Of a stretch of DNA of 64,000 nt, positions 1 to 12,755 are shown piece by piece. This DNA comes from Camelus ferus (Eukaryota): positions 67,086,001 through 67,150,000 of the forward strand of contig NC_045697.1 in assembly GCF_009834535.1 (NCBI RefSeq), read 5' to 3'. The notes below the pieces were generated by a model. That model did not search any database, had not been told where the DNA came from, and worked only from the letters and a program-made list of their open reading frames with translations. The position numbers and the translations under genes are program-made. The stretch's first letter is position 1; each line of letters starts with the position of its first letter.

Positions 1-2214
1 CACCTAACATTCTCTCTACATAAAGAGTTACTGTAACTGGTGGTACCCATTCTGAAACTCAGCCTGACTCATTTCTAACCATCCAACATAACTTGCAATG
101 TCTCTCCCTGTAATTTCTCTAATGTTTCTCCCACCTGTTTCTTAACTCCCCCCTAGCTCACTCTTTCATTATCACAACCAATTTCTAACTTGTTTCTTTG
201 ACACTACCATTATGCCCAGGTACACTTTCTGCATGTATCGCTGGTCGAGCATTTATGTCTCCATATTTTCTTCAGTCTTACCTCCTTCCTTACTATAGCA
301 CTCATCTTTTGATGCACTCAAATATTTCTTCTGAGCACACTTAACACAGTGGAATAATTTGGACATGAATGCCTTTGATCATCCCACTGTCTTTACCAGA
401 GGCCCTCTGTCCTTCTCTGTCTAATGCCTGTTTATTCTTTGGGATGCAGATGGTCTCACATCTCCCTTATAGTGGTATTCTCTTTAACAAAAACCAACAA
501 ACTCTGCAGGGCTGTGACTTGCTAGTCTGTCTTGGGGACAAGAATGTTGACAGCAGGAGACATCGTGGCCATGTCCTTGCCTTGTTGGGAAGGGCAGATG
601 CTCGAGCTCTTCTCAGTTCTCACCAAAATGGTCCTTACCTTGTGCTCCTCTTATACTTAGTTTAATGTGTAAAGTACTTTTTTTCTCTCCATAAGGATCT
701 CCTTGTGGATCTTAGTGGACATTCATATGGATTATAATGAAGAATTAGAAACCTACATAAGATGTCAGCAAAATACAAGGCATATTATCAAGGCTTGGAC
801 ATTCATGATAGTGTGTAAACACTGGTCCTCTAGATACAGTTATTTCTCTTTCACTCCTCACATAAATGTCAGATTTAAAGAATATTAATTCAAATATGGG
901 AGAAAAATATGTATTCTAACTCACAAAGAAATAATATTTTTTAAAAAATGTTCATGTTTCATAGGACATGGTGCCCTATTTGTTTGAATTAAGTATCTTT
1001 AAGAATAAACAGCCATACTTCAAATTAAATATCCTGACATTTCTAATTCTGTGCCACTTTCTGACTTAGTTCCACTCTTAAAATGGAAGAAAAAAGTATT
1101 CTAAAACTTCATCCACATGCAAAGCTAACAACTCAGTATTAATGGTTTAAAAAATAATGCCAAATATATTCTAAAATCCTGTGTTTCCGCTTTTGCTGAC
1201 CTGACTATGAACTTTTATAACTAACTCTGTCAAAGAGCAAAGTAAGATTTTTTTTTTGCCTGTGATAATGCATCTTCAACATCAGTTCAGTGTAGGTTTT
1301 TGCTTTAGCTGACAAAGACCCCCTCCTTCCTAAAATGTTTTTACTAGTAATAACTTGATTATATCAAGGATTCTGCTGTTCAGTGGAAACTGCCTAAATG
1401 ATTGACTGCTCCCCAAAAGTATGGGAATGATTTCCAAGCTATGTTTTCATGGCAGTTATGTGGATAAGCAAAGCCCATAAGAATTCTGTTCAAGAGACGG
1501 ATGATTCTGTGTTTGTTCCAGAAGGATATTTTTCATATTCAGTGAGTAAGCACATTTGTTTTAAACACTGAAAACTACCTACCAGGGATGATCTATTTTT
1601 ATGCAAACACTATAAACATTACACATGCCACATTAATAATAATAATACAGAAAAGAGTTCTGAGAAATACGAGCTGAGGCACATGAAGGATGATGTAAAT
1701 TAAAACACAACCACCACCAACAACAATAATAGGACAGCAAAAAAGTACAGTAATTTGCCAATCTGGCACTACATAACACTAGCAAGTGTACCTCATAATG
1801 TTTATCTTTGCTATAATTTTCAGAACATAAAACCATACCTTGATTAAAAGTCTGATCTATTATTCATAGAATCATTTTCGAGAGTTTGTTTATAAAGTCT
1901 TGTTTCAAAACAAATGCAAACTCGTCATCTTGGAACAGGTAGGAAAAGCAAAAATTTCACAGTGATACTAATAAACAATTCCTTTTGCTTCTGGGGAGAA
2001 AGAGCTTGCACACTCATTTAAAAGAAAAACAACAACAAAAAATGCAACTGTAGACTCTCAACTTTGATAGTCCACGCTTCAGAATTATTATCCTTTGCCT
2101 TTACTTCACCAAGGCCGTGTACAGCATTTGCTGTTCCTCTTTTTAACCTTTGGAGATGGGTTTAAAGTGTGACAACGCCTATAGTGCTAGCGGTCTTGTG
2201 CAGTAACAATTCAT

Positions 2215-2412
2215 ACCCTGAGCGCTGACTCTGCGCCCGGCACAGGGCTCAGGGTATATTCTCACTTGATTCTCTCACAACCCCATTAAGTAGATCCAAT
2301 TCCCAGCTTCATCCTAGAAAGAGAAAACTACGGCCTGGAAAGATGAGGTAACTTTGCACAAATTCACATAATTTATAAGTAGTGGAATCATGATACAAAC
2401 ACAGCCAGTCTC
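2215..2412 (-). mobile_element. MIR SINE, degraded
   Basis: Antisense MIR landmarks in order: tgagcgctgactctgcgcccggcac, ctcacttgattctctcacaacccc, gagaaaactacggcctggaaagatgaggtaactttgcac, aagtagtggaatcatgatacaaac. Confidence 0.7.
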
Positions 2413-3059
2413 ACCCACCAGCCATACTCTCAGTTCCTCTGCACAGCCCCAGAACACTAATTTTTAAGAGTAATGCTAATTAACAAGCCAATATACTATA
2501 TAAAGAAGTATTTTCTAGAATCTACCGGTTAAGAGTCCATAGTGAAGTCAAACATTTTCTCTAAAACGTTTTGCCAGGTACAGAAAATGCTGCAAAAAGC
2601 CTCCCTCAGCATATTTCCTGGATCTCCCAGTTGGCAATTTGGTAGGTCTGTTATTATTCCAAAGCATTTGTCCTTAACCATACTAGAGCAATCAAGTGAA
2701 ACAAAGCAGGTTACACTGAAAGTATTTATGAAGCAGGGCACACAGTTTTACAAACCCACAAAGCATTCAAAGCTGTTGGAGAGGAAATCTGGTCAATTCA
2801 AGTACTAACAGTCACAGTTAAGGCAATTTCCCAACATTTATCTTCCCATCCGTGCTTATAATGAACGCTTTACTATTTAGTATGAAAAGGAAAATCCAAG
2901 TACTCACTACAGAAAGTGTGGGGAAGGTGTTTGTATAACAAAATAAAGCACTAGTCAATGAAACAAAATTAAGTAGCTAGATAGACGGATTTTGACATTT
3001 TTTTCCCTCCCATATACATGGAGATATGATAAAACAAGAGCATTACACAGGCTTCTGAA

Positions 3060-3524
3060 CTGTGCTATCCTTTATGGTAGCCACTAGCTCCACATGGCTA
3101 TCAATCGCTTGAAATTTGGCTAATTAACTGACAAACTGAACTGATACTCAATTCAGTTATTGAAGAAAACAATTTAAGTATCTCTGGAACAGCTTAAGTA
3201 TGTAAAGTTATTTTTTCAAATGCAAATTTAATGAATTCAAGTACAGATCAGGTGCTTCCAATGAAAATTTAGCATCTGAATTAAGATGTGCTGTGAGTAC
3301 AAAATACACACTAGATTTCAAAGACATTTAAAAAAGGGAATGTAAAATATCTCATTAATAGTTTTAAAATATTGATTACACATTGAAATGATATTTTAGA
3401 TATAATGAGTTAAAAATCATGTTAAGATAATTTTAACACTGCTTCTTTTTACTTTTTTGGTGTGACTACAAGAAATTTTAAATTACATATTCAGTGTATA
3501 GTATAGTTCTATTGGATAGAGCTG
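3060..3524 (+). mobile_element. hAT-Charlie DNA transposon fossil (MER33/MER3/Charlie5-type)
   Basis: Ends ctgtgctatcc...ggtagccactag and attggatagagctg resemble MER3/MER33 termini. Followed by ttctagaa, matching the Charlie NTCTAGAN target. Internal + strand relic of the transposase C-terminus. Confidence 0.85.
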
Positions 3525-4234
3525 TTCTAGAAGGTAAAGTTGAAAGTCCATTGCTTGTCTTGAAAACAGTTTAAATGTGTGCCCCCAACATTATGAAAAT
3601 GACAACATTGTTTCCCAGTCATAATCTCCAATCTGGTTGTTGGACAGTAAGAAGCATCATTCTGATTCTTTATTAAGTAGACCCAGCAAGAGATTAAATA
3701 ATCTCAAATAAAAGGGAGACTGGGAGACTCCATGGGATACCTAGTTCATTCCATTGTTCCAGACACCACTGGTGGGTTAAAGCCACGATTTAGTAAAAAG
3801 TTTAGCTGGAAACTAGCCAGGCAAGGTACATTTCCAACATGTTCAAAAACAGGCACATTTTCTGGAACTTCTAAACAAGGGAGGATGCAACTGAAGAAAT
3901 CTCTACAGCATTCTCATTCTTGGAGTCTACATTTTCAAAAGAGATCGTTATTACCCTACACTTCTTAATAACCCCAATGGCATTCTATCCTTTGGGCTAC
4001 ATTCTAAAGGTAGATATAATCAGACAAAACAAATAAATACACAAGTAAACAAATGAGAGACCTCGGTGTGTCAAGAGGTCTAAATTGAGATCCAAGTCCT
4101 GTGTGACAAGGAGCAAGATCACTACCTGTTCTTCCATTTCCCAAATGGAGATGGGGAGGCTCTTTATCTCCAAAAGCTTCTATTAGCTCTAAAAGTTGGT
4201 GATTCTAAATGGATTCTAAAAAGCTAACTCTAAC

Positions 4235-4395
4235 AGAATGCTTTCATTTACATAGCACCTTCCATATTTAATTCACAACAACCTGGTGACGGGATTTTTA
4301 ACCCCTTTTTACTGAGGAGAAATCTGAGGTGCAAAGTGGCTAAACATCCTCCAAACTGACACATTTTTAGAAACTGTGGAGCCTGGGACTACAAG
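4235..4395 (-). mobile_element. MIR fragment
   Basis: atttaattcacaacaacctggtga...ccccttttactgaggagaaatctgaggtgcaaagtggctaa matches the antisense MIR core. Confidence 0.65.
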
Positions 4396-7377
4396 TGATC
4401 GAAATCACTCTCCAGTATATTATACTGATTGTCATTTTCTGACAGTCACAGAAGTTACACTGAACAATTTTCATATATTAAATCATTTACAACAGATGAG
4501 CTAGACAGTCAGATAACTGTCATTTCTTTCAAATACATCTTGCACTCTCCTTTTCTTTTACTGTCGACATTGCTTATTTTATATGTAAACTATTAGAACT
4601 CAGTGAGACTGTCTATTAAATGTGGATTAAAACTATTTGGTAGGCAGTGTCATAACTATTTTAATGATGACAAATCTCTTAATTTTTTTCAATTATCATG
4701 TCATACAAACTATGATGTGAACTATGTTTTTCTTTTTTTGTTTGTTTTTGTGAGCCATCTTTGTGAGGGAAAAAAGTAGTCTGTAATAGGTACTTATAAC
4801 ATTTTCTAATGTAGATTGAAAAATAAATGATTTTTTCCCCACAGAAATGCATCTTTAAGGCCTAGAAGAATTGAATCACTTAAAAATTCACCTAATTTTT
4901 AACAAAGGACCTTCTCCCCTCAGAAACCTGCTTCATTATTGAGTAATTATACAGTTATTTCTAACATTTTCCATGACTCAGTAGAAAATAACTGTATAAC
5001 AGATATTATTTATTAGGCTAAGAGAAAGCATTCCAGTAAATGATTAGTCATTAATTAGTTTAAAAATGGTACACATTTTGGCAAAATTTAAACAACTGGC
5101 AGAGCAGTTTTTAAAAGAGTCTGAATTATCCAAACACTTTTCCAACAGACTATTTTACCATAAAAATATTATCACTGCAAGGTGATTAAAAGTGTCACAA
5201 GATAGAAAATAAGAGAATTTCAATTTAGCAGATGTTTTATAAACGAATTCAGCTAAACATGTACCACTGGTTCAGAAGGACTGAGGCTATATTGATTTAA
5301 TTGTGACTATCTAAAAGTGAAAATCTCCCAGGAGACTATAAATAAGATATATACATCTCACATTCCCCTGGGGAAATTCCTTCAGATCAGCATGCATGGT
5401 ATTAGATGTCCACAAATGCACCCTTTAACCTGGAAACAAAAGAGAAAGGAAACAGAAGGGATCCCTACTCTTGGGGAAACACAGTAAGTCACAGGCTTGG
5501 ATTTATTACACTGCTTTTCTATTACGTGTCACCTCATGAGAAAAATGCAAGGTGGGAGTAGGGCAGATGGAGGAGTTAGATGCTTCAGGGGAATCTAACA
5601 GTCATGCCTGTTGATGGCAATGTTACCTCCCCCACACCAATAGATCAGGAGTTACTATTTTAAGGAGGGCAAAGGACAAAACAAAATGTTGAATGAGTGA
5701 AAGTATTGTGAATTTTCCAAGATGGAACTTCTGCAACCTGATCATCCTCCCTGAAATGTAGAACACTGTTGGAGGAATCAAGGTAGAGGGGGTGGGGTGG
5801 AGAGGATATCAAGAAAGGAAGCAAAAGACTCTTCCTTTAAAATGCTTATGGCAACTCTGTGAACTGAAGTGAGAACCCCACAGGACACTTATCATATCTT
5901 AAGGTTCTCTTGAAGTATCTTCCAAACTAGAGTTACTCCAACTGACACTCTGCCCTTAATTAGGAAGTTCCATTGTGCAATATTAACATTTCCAAATCTC
6001 TAATTTTTTGTTGCTTCTAAATATTAAATGAGAATATTATTTCTGTGGCCTGCCAACCCCCACCCCTGAAATACGGACATGAGCATAATTTTGCCCTGTT
6101 TGTGTGGAGAATGTTTAGCACACTGATAGTTACTCACATGAAATTAAAAACCTAAAATGACCATTTTTCTGATGTTTTATTATAGCCAGCTATTCCATAA
6201 ATTATAGCTGCTTTAAAAATAGAATTCAAAAAGCAATTACTAAATTATCTGTTTTTTTAAAGATAGTTTACTATATGTCTCTCCTCTAGGCATCAAACCT
6301 GGAGGACAGTTCTGAATGTAAATAAGATTAAAGTTATGATAATGGCACTCAGTTTTGAAAATCTATTATCTGATAGTTTTATTAAGAAATAGAAAAACAA
6401 ATGAAGATGTCCGGCTGGGTAGCTAAGGACATCTTATCTGCAAACCTGTACTAAGTATTGTTAATGCATTGTCCTTAGTGGTGCTTTGATGGACCGAAGC
6501 TCATCCTGACACAGTGAAATAAATCTGCTATTCTCTGCAGTATTGCTACTCCGTTTGTTTTATTTTAAGAGTTAGCTGAGCTTGACTTCTGTACCCAGCT
6601 GCTTTCTAACTATCTAACTGAGACTTCTGTCCACTCCTGAAGTTTATGAGTAATTTGTGAAGGCACCTTCAGTCCTACTAAAGCAATTTTTGAAAGGCGG
6701 TAATGAAATCTCACAAACCAGGAGGAGCTAACTGTGCAGTCAGTCCCCCCTTACACTATGAACAAAATGTTTCTAATTGGAAAACTCCTCTTGGTAGAAC
6801 AAAGACTGACCTTTACTAACTCTGCCAAAGGATGAAAACTGGAATAAATAAACCGCATTCACCTTATCAGCAAAAAATATAAAGTACTATTTTTCCACTG
6901 ATTTCCAGAGATAGGCTATGAGTTGGGCAGAAAAGTTCAATGCTGGGACAAGTACCTCCCAACAGATTTCTTTACATAAATCAGAAGGGATGACAGAAAT
7001 ATACAGTCATAATTCTAAAAAGGTATTTGCTATATTTTTTCCACATCTGTCATTATGTGGGATTATTTTTATCCTTTGCTAGTGTTATCCAGCTGTTTGC
7101 TAGAAAGTGCACTTTGCAGAAAGATGCTGGTTCAAAGCAGTGCAGCAGCATAAATAGCACTAGAAGAACTGATGAAAAAAGGAAATAAGAAGCAAAAAAA
7201 TAAACTCCCTTCTGTTGCTGACACCTAAAACAACAGGCTGTGAAAATGGTTTCATTAAAAAATAACAAGCCTGTGCTCACCGGGGGATAGATCAGGGCAA
7301 ACTGAATCAGAAATTCCTCAGTCATTGCTCAAGTAGGTCAACCAGAATTAATTCAAAGGGCAAAGATCCACAGTGAG

Positions 7378-7390
7378 CCCCCCCCCCCCC
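7378..7390. repeat. C13 homopolymer
   Basis: Direct reading. Confidence 0.95.
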
Positions 7391-8143
7391 ATTTCCCACC
7401 AGTTTGCATCCTCAGCCCTCCTCTGCCCAGGAGCTAACTGGTTTGGAGGCTCCCTCCACGGTGGCCAGGTCATCTGGGCAAGCCTCTCTTTACACCAGTG
7501 TAAACGTGGCCTCTTGTACCACAGACTATGACTTTGAGCTCTATGTGTTGTCTGCCTCGAAATGCTAACCGACTGCTGATTGGATCCAAAGTCACTTGCC
7601 TTTTGGCAATGTACATTCGTGATTTTTTTTAGTTACTACCTTACTTTTCTAATACAGTCATTCATTCAAGTGGATGGTTAAAATGCTGACCTTCATCACA
7701 GTAAAATCCTTTTTCTTTTGTACAGATTCTAATAAAACACAATTAACTTTATTCTCACATATAAAACACAATTTTTATTTTTAAAAATCAGAACAAAGTT
7801 CTTTTCAATAGAGTTGGAGAGGAATTGGTCCAGGTTAAACCTATAGAATTCTAAGTCTTCCTTTCCTCCATGGCCTATCAAAGGGTACAGCTGTCATAGA
7901 GCAGGGTTTTTTTTTTTTTTTATTTTTCTTTGGCTAGAATTCTCTTTTAAAGTAAAATACAGCATGCTGCTTTAATGAAAATGCAGTTCTCATCTATAGT
8001 ACTAATTGCGGGTGCAGGGGGGAGGCGGGTTGGTGGTGAGTGGGTTAACAGTCTTGAATTTTGCATCTTGGTTCCTTCCATGCAAAGCAGATCTATAGTC
8101 TCCTGAGTGCCCAGGGATTTACCACAAAGATCCACTACTTCCA

Positions 8144-8294
8144 TAGAAACTGGCCAAATAATTTGTGAGGCCAAGAGATCATGAAAATGTGGGATTCCTT
8201 GTTCAAAAAAATACTAAGCATTTCAAGATAGCAACAGCACAGCATTCAGCTAAGCCTGGGGCCCTTCCAGGGGACACCCATGAAGCTGACCGTG
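8144..8294 (-). mobile_element. MER45A-like hAT-Tip100 MITE
   Basis: ataatttgtgaggcc...atgaaaatgtgggattccttgttcaaaaaa...atttcaagatagcaacagcacagcatt...ggggcccttc...acccatgaagctgaccgtg follows the reverse complement of the MER45A consensus, with an internal deletion. Confidence 0.8.
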
Positions 8295-8569
8295 TCCTGT
8301 CTCTGTCTCGCTGACTGGGAGTGAGCATGTGGGTACCTTCCAGAGCAGCACAGTTGCTCTGATTTCATCTAGGAGCAGCTGCTTTATTTTTCTGAATCAG
8401 CCTCTGTGGTAAGAGCCCTAGGAAATAACTTGCAGGCTATTATAAGCAGATAACTGATAAATAGGGCAAGGAATTCCAGCTTAAGATAAATCCACAGGAT
8501 ATGACTCTGAGGGCTTGTGTCTTCAGGACCCTGGGAAGCGACAGGGAAAGGAAGAGATTCTGCTGTGCA

Positions 8570-8751
8570 GGAAACAGTGCTGAGCCCCTGACATCAGCAC
8601 ACTTGGATTCAGGATCTGGTGCTCACTCACTGGCCATGTGATCTTGGATAAGATATTCCAGTTCTCTGGATCTCCTTTTTTCTCACTTGTAAAGCAAAGG
8701 TGTTAGGTATATGATTCCAAGGGTCCCTGGAATATCTGATGAGTCTATGAT
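8570..8751 (+). mobile_element. MIR3/MIR SINE
   Basis: cactggccatgtgatcttggataag...ttctcacttgtaaa...atgattccaagggtccctggaatatctgatgagtctatga, ending in a MIR3-type 3' end. Confidence 0.65.
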
Positions 8752-8849
8752 ATGAGAAAAAAGAGAGAACCTATATTTGCTTTTCTTAAAGAGGAAAACA
8801 CCTCTACTTTAATGCATATTTAAATTTGTAGAAGGGTAATGATGATGAT

Positions 8850-9040
8850 GACGATGATGATAATATGTGCCAAGCTCTGTTTAAGTGCTTCACCTGTTAC
8901 ATTTAACTAATTTTTGTTTATATTCAACTAATTTTGTTTATATTCAGCTAATCTAATCTTCATAAATACTTGGTGAGGTACATATTATAATTATGCGCAT
9001 TTTACAGATAAGGGAGTTGAGGCCCAAAGAGCTTAAAGAC
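8850..9040 (-). mobile_element. MIR SINE containing a 20-21 bp tandem duplication (8905-8945)
   Basis: tatgtgccaagctctgtttaagtgctt...cattttacagataagggagttgaggcccaaagagcttaa. The unit aactaatttt(t)gtttatattc occurs twice. Confidence 0.75.
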
Positions 9041-10842
9041 GTTGACATTCACCAATCTCCTACCTACCCTGTGCTGGGATCTATGGCAGAGCCCATGGGT
9101 TCAGTGCATTCAGACAGGGAAACTGGGAGACCGGGTGCCATAGAAACGATGGGAGAAAGAGGAAAGATGGGAAGTCCTATGTGTGCTGTCTGGGTGCCCT
9201 AAAGAGAAGAGGACAGAAAGGAAGAGCAGGGGTTTGACAAGTGGGAAACAAGAAGAATTTTCTTAAAGAATATAAAATAGGTTCCATTCATGATTCTGAG
9301 AAACATAAATGCTTTACACAAAGTGAGAAAGTCTAACAAATTTCAAGGTTAATAAATTGATGTATTTAAATTTTTGCCAATTGGTATTATTTTCAACTAA
9401 ACAAGTATGGTTATGAGAACTCATATTTGTTTTCCTGTTAATCTCATTCCATCAATGATTTTTAAATAGTAATGTTAGAGAAAACTTGGTAAGAAAACAC
9501 TTAGGTACCTAAAGGATTTAGTTAATTATGCTCTAGACAAAGAAACTGTTTTCTTTATATCTCTCTTGATTCTTCGTTAGACATTACACTAGCAATGAGT
9601 TTTCAAATAAACACCAAATATATTCTTCCAAAATAGAAAAAAGTACACTGGGTAAAATATGCCACAAGTAGAAACTGAAGTAGCTCTTTTGAGGAATTTT
9701 GTCTATTCATGTCACTGCATGCCTAGGTCATGAATGTACACGATGTGCCCAGTATCATACTTAAAATTCAGTTCCTTGGGCAAATGTCCATCTACTGAAG
9801 AAATAACATATGAGCTTTTACTGCCCTTACAGTGTTTGGACATGGACTTCAGGGAATAAAACATATTTAAATCAGCTGTGTGAAGCAGGGCGTAGAGATC
9901 ATCTCATCATACAACACTGAGACAACTATTGAAAACACTTCTTTGAAACTCTCATCTATATTTTAAAGCAGTGGTGTTATTAATTGTCTGCATTCTGCTC
10001 CATCTCCATAATTCAATGTGTCCAGTTCTACAATCTGTTCATAAAATTGGCATCTTTATCGCACACTTGGGACACAATTTCCTGAAAAGAACTAGCCAAA
10101 TGTAGCTGTTTTTGCTTCCTATGTAGAATGCTATAGTGGATAGCATATATCCTTGCTCCCAAAAGGCAGAAAGAAAATTTGTATCACTAACCATATGTAA
10201 ACTGAAATAAAGGATTTCATGGTTATAATCAAAACCATTTACTTGGGTCATCAAAATGACTTGGCTAATCAGAAGAAATTATTTCTCTAGAATTTTAATG
10301 AAAGGTATTCTGTACTGCTGAGTAATTGAATCCGTTCAGAATTTAACCAAAATTACAACCAAGAAACCATCATCCCCAATTGCAATACCAGTCCTGCCCA
10401 ATTCTGGTTGCCAGATTCTGCAAACTGTCTACCAAATTAGTGAGAATAGTAGCTGCAAGTCAGGAGTCTAACTTCATTCAATCACTCTTTATTCATTCAT
10501 TCAACGATTATTTAAGGGTCAGCCTAGGCACATGGCAGTAAGTAAAGTTCTACCATAGCAGAGGATTCTCCCTATTTTGTGTTTGTATCATTCTAAAACA
10601 TTGCTGATTTGCTAAAACTATCTGTCTGAAAATAAAAACTTGCATTTTAACTACTGGCTTAGACAAAGCAATGAATGCATACCTCCTGTTTCTTGTTTCT
10701 GTTGCAAGTTATGTATTTATGGAAGACAATAGGGCATTGATTTTCAACCACAAGTAAACAAGGCATCTGGACTTTGTCTTAATGAGATAAAGTTTAGTCT
10801 GTGCTTTCTCAGTGGGATGGTTTTTGCTATTTAATTGGTAGC

Positions 10843-10868
10843 AAAAAAAAAAAAAAAAAAAAAAAAAA
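10843..10868. repeat. A26 homopolymer
   Basis: Direct reading. Confidence 0.95.
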
Positions 10869-11479
10869 CCTTCAGCAGCGTGTCCTTTTTCTGCCAACAG
10901 TGAATTCTATGTGGGAATGAGGTTGCTGCAGAAGGCTTTCAAATATAAATGCAGCTTTAGAACTAATTAGATAAAAATCACAGGAAAAATACTGTTTATT
11001 ACTTGAAAGGAAACTGAAAACATTATTTTACTCCATGAATTTCCTGAATAATACTAGAAACATACAGAACTTAGGCTCTGGGTTTCTCCACTGAAATCTT
11101 CCAAAATAAGGTCAGTTTACTTTAAACATGCTATTTATATCACTGGTCTTTCTAACATCTTCAACATAATTAGGATAACAAATAAGAATAGAAGTATGCC
11201 ACCTATAATGTTTTGCCCCTAAAATAAAAATGCAATCAGTATAAAATAAGAAAAAAACTAAGACACAAGAATTACCATGTCAAAACAGTATTCTAAAAAT
11301 GTTAAATGAAACACAATTAAGTAGCAATTACTTTAAGTAGAGCCTTCCCTAGAGACTACCAGGGAAGCCTGGTCAACAACTTCACAAGAAGACATTGTAT
11401 TGCATACAATAGGCAAGAATCCTGTTAAGTTACTGAGGATAAAAAAACCATGCAAAATATTTTTTCTTCATTAGTGTTT

Positions 11480-12070
11480 TCTAATTGGATCATGTCACTA
11501 CCCTGCTGAAAACCCTTCAATGGATTCTCACTGCACTTAGGATAACTGTAAAATCCTCCTCAAGGTCTGCAGCCCATCTTTACCTCCCCATCCTCATCTA
11601 TCCACACTGCATCACTTTCAGTCGCACTGATATTTTCCAATCTCTCAGATGGGCTTAGTTTTTCCTGCCTCAGGGCCTTTGCACTACTTTCCTTCCTACC
11701 TAAAGTTCTCTTTCCTTCCTCTTTAATAACTTCTAGGCATTGTATTGGTGGTCAAATGACATTTCTTTAAGAAAGCAAGCCATGGTCACCAAATCCAGAG
11801 TACTTTTTTCTCATTATTGTCTCATAACCTCCAAGTGGGTTTCTTCACTAATCTTTTTCTGAGAACCCTGCTCTTTTTCTTTCCAGCATTTACTAGAGAC
11901 TGTAATTATGTATGAGAGTAAGACTTTTGTTTGTTTGTTTTGAATATTTTGAATATTAGTCTTCCCCATTAGAGTATATGTTCATCAACTATAGGGACTG
12001 TCTCCATTGTTTATCCTTAACTGCCACAATGCCTGCCTATATCCACTTATATAGTTACTGAAATAATGGT
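11480..12070 (+). mobile_element. L2 LINE 3' region
   Basis: gatcatgtcactaccctgctgaaaacccttcaatgg, cctgcctcagggcctttgcac, and gtcttccccattagagtatatgttcatcaactatagggactg are diagnostic L2 blocks. Confidence 0.8.
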
Positions 12071-12188
12071 TAACTTTTCAATTATTGGATTTGATCCCTA
12101 ACATTGCTACAGATAAAGGTAACCAATCTTTGTGACGCACATACACATACACACAAACATACACACACACTGTAGTGGACAAAACTGT

Positions 12189-12755
12189 TGTCGTGGACAT
12201 GGCCTAAACTGGTACCAATGACTTACATCCTTGTATAATACCCTTTTCCTTGAGTGCAGGAGAAACCTGTGACTTGCTTCTGACCAGCAGAATACAGTAA
12301 AGGTGATGGAATGCCTCTCCTATGATTAGGTTACATTACAAAAGACTCTATCTTAGCAGATAGAGACTCCCCATGTTGGATTTGAAGAAGTAGGCTGCCA
12401 TGGTCTGAGAGAGGCATGTGGTAAGGTTCTGTGGAAGATGGTAGGAGCTGAAAGCAGACCTCACTGATAGCCAGCAAAGAAATATGGCCCTTAGTCCTAT
12501 AGCCATAAGGAAAGGAATTATTCCAACAACCTGTAGGAGCCAAAAGTAGATTTCCTCCCCACCCCATTGAGCCTCTGATAAGAACTCACCCCTGGCTGAT
12601 ACCTGCACTGCAGCCTGGTGAGATCTTAAGCAAAGAACCTAAGTAAGCCATGCCTGAACTCTTTACCTGCAGAAACTGTGAGACAGTAGTTGGGTGCTAT
12701 TTTAAGCTGAATACTTTCAAGGTAACTTGTTTTGCAGCAATAGGAAACTAATACA
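12189..12755 (+). mobile_element. MaLR solo LTR (MLT1E-like)
   Basis: TG...CA ends (tgtcgtggac ... gcagcaataggaaactaataca). Internal ccttgagtg...cctgtgacttgcttct and agaaactgtgaga. Degenerate 5-bp TSD actgt/actgc. Confidence 0.9.

Noticed and set aside
20..540. Possible highly degraded L2 at the window start
   Set aside because: Pyrimidine-rich with faint L2-like motifs, but too diverged to call by eye.
2578..2641. Possible plus-strand exon (ttttgccag|GTACAG...TTTG|gtaggt)
   Set aside because: Splice sites are moderate, none of the three frames is recognisable, and such pseudo-exons are common.
10819..10870. MADE1/mariner MITE core (ggtttttgc...gcaaaaacc)
   Set aside because: The flanks do not match the mariner TIR, and the similarity covers only about 10 low-complexity bases per arm.
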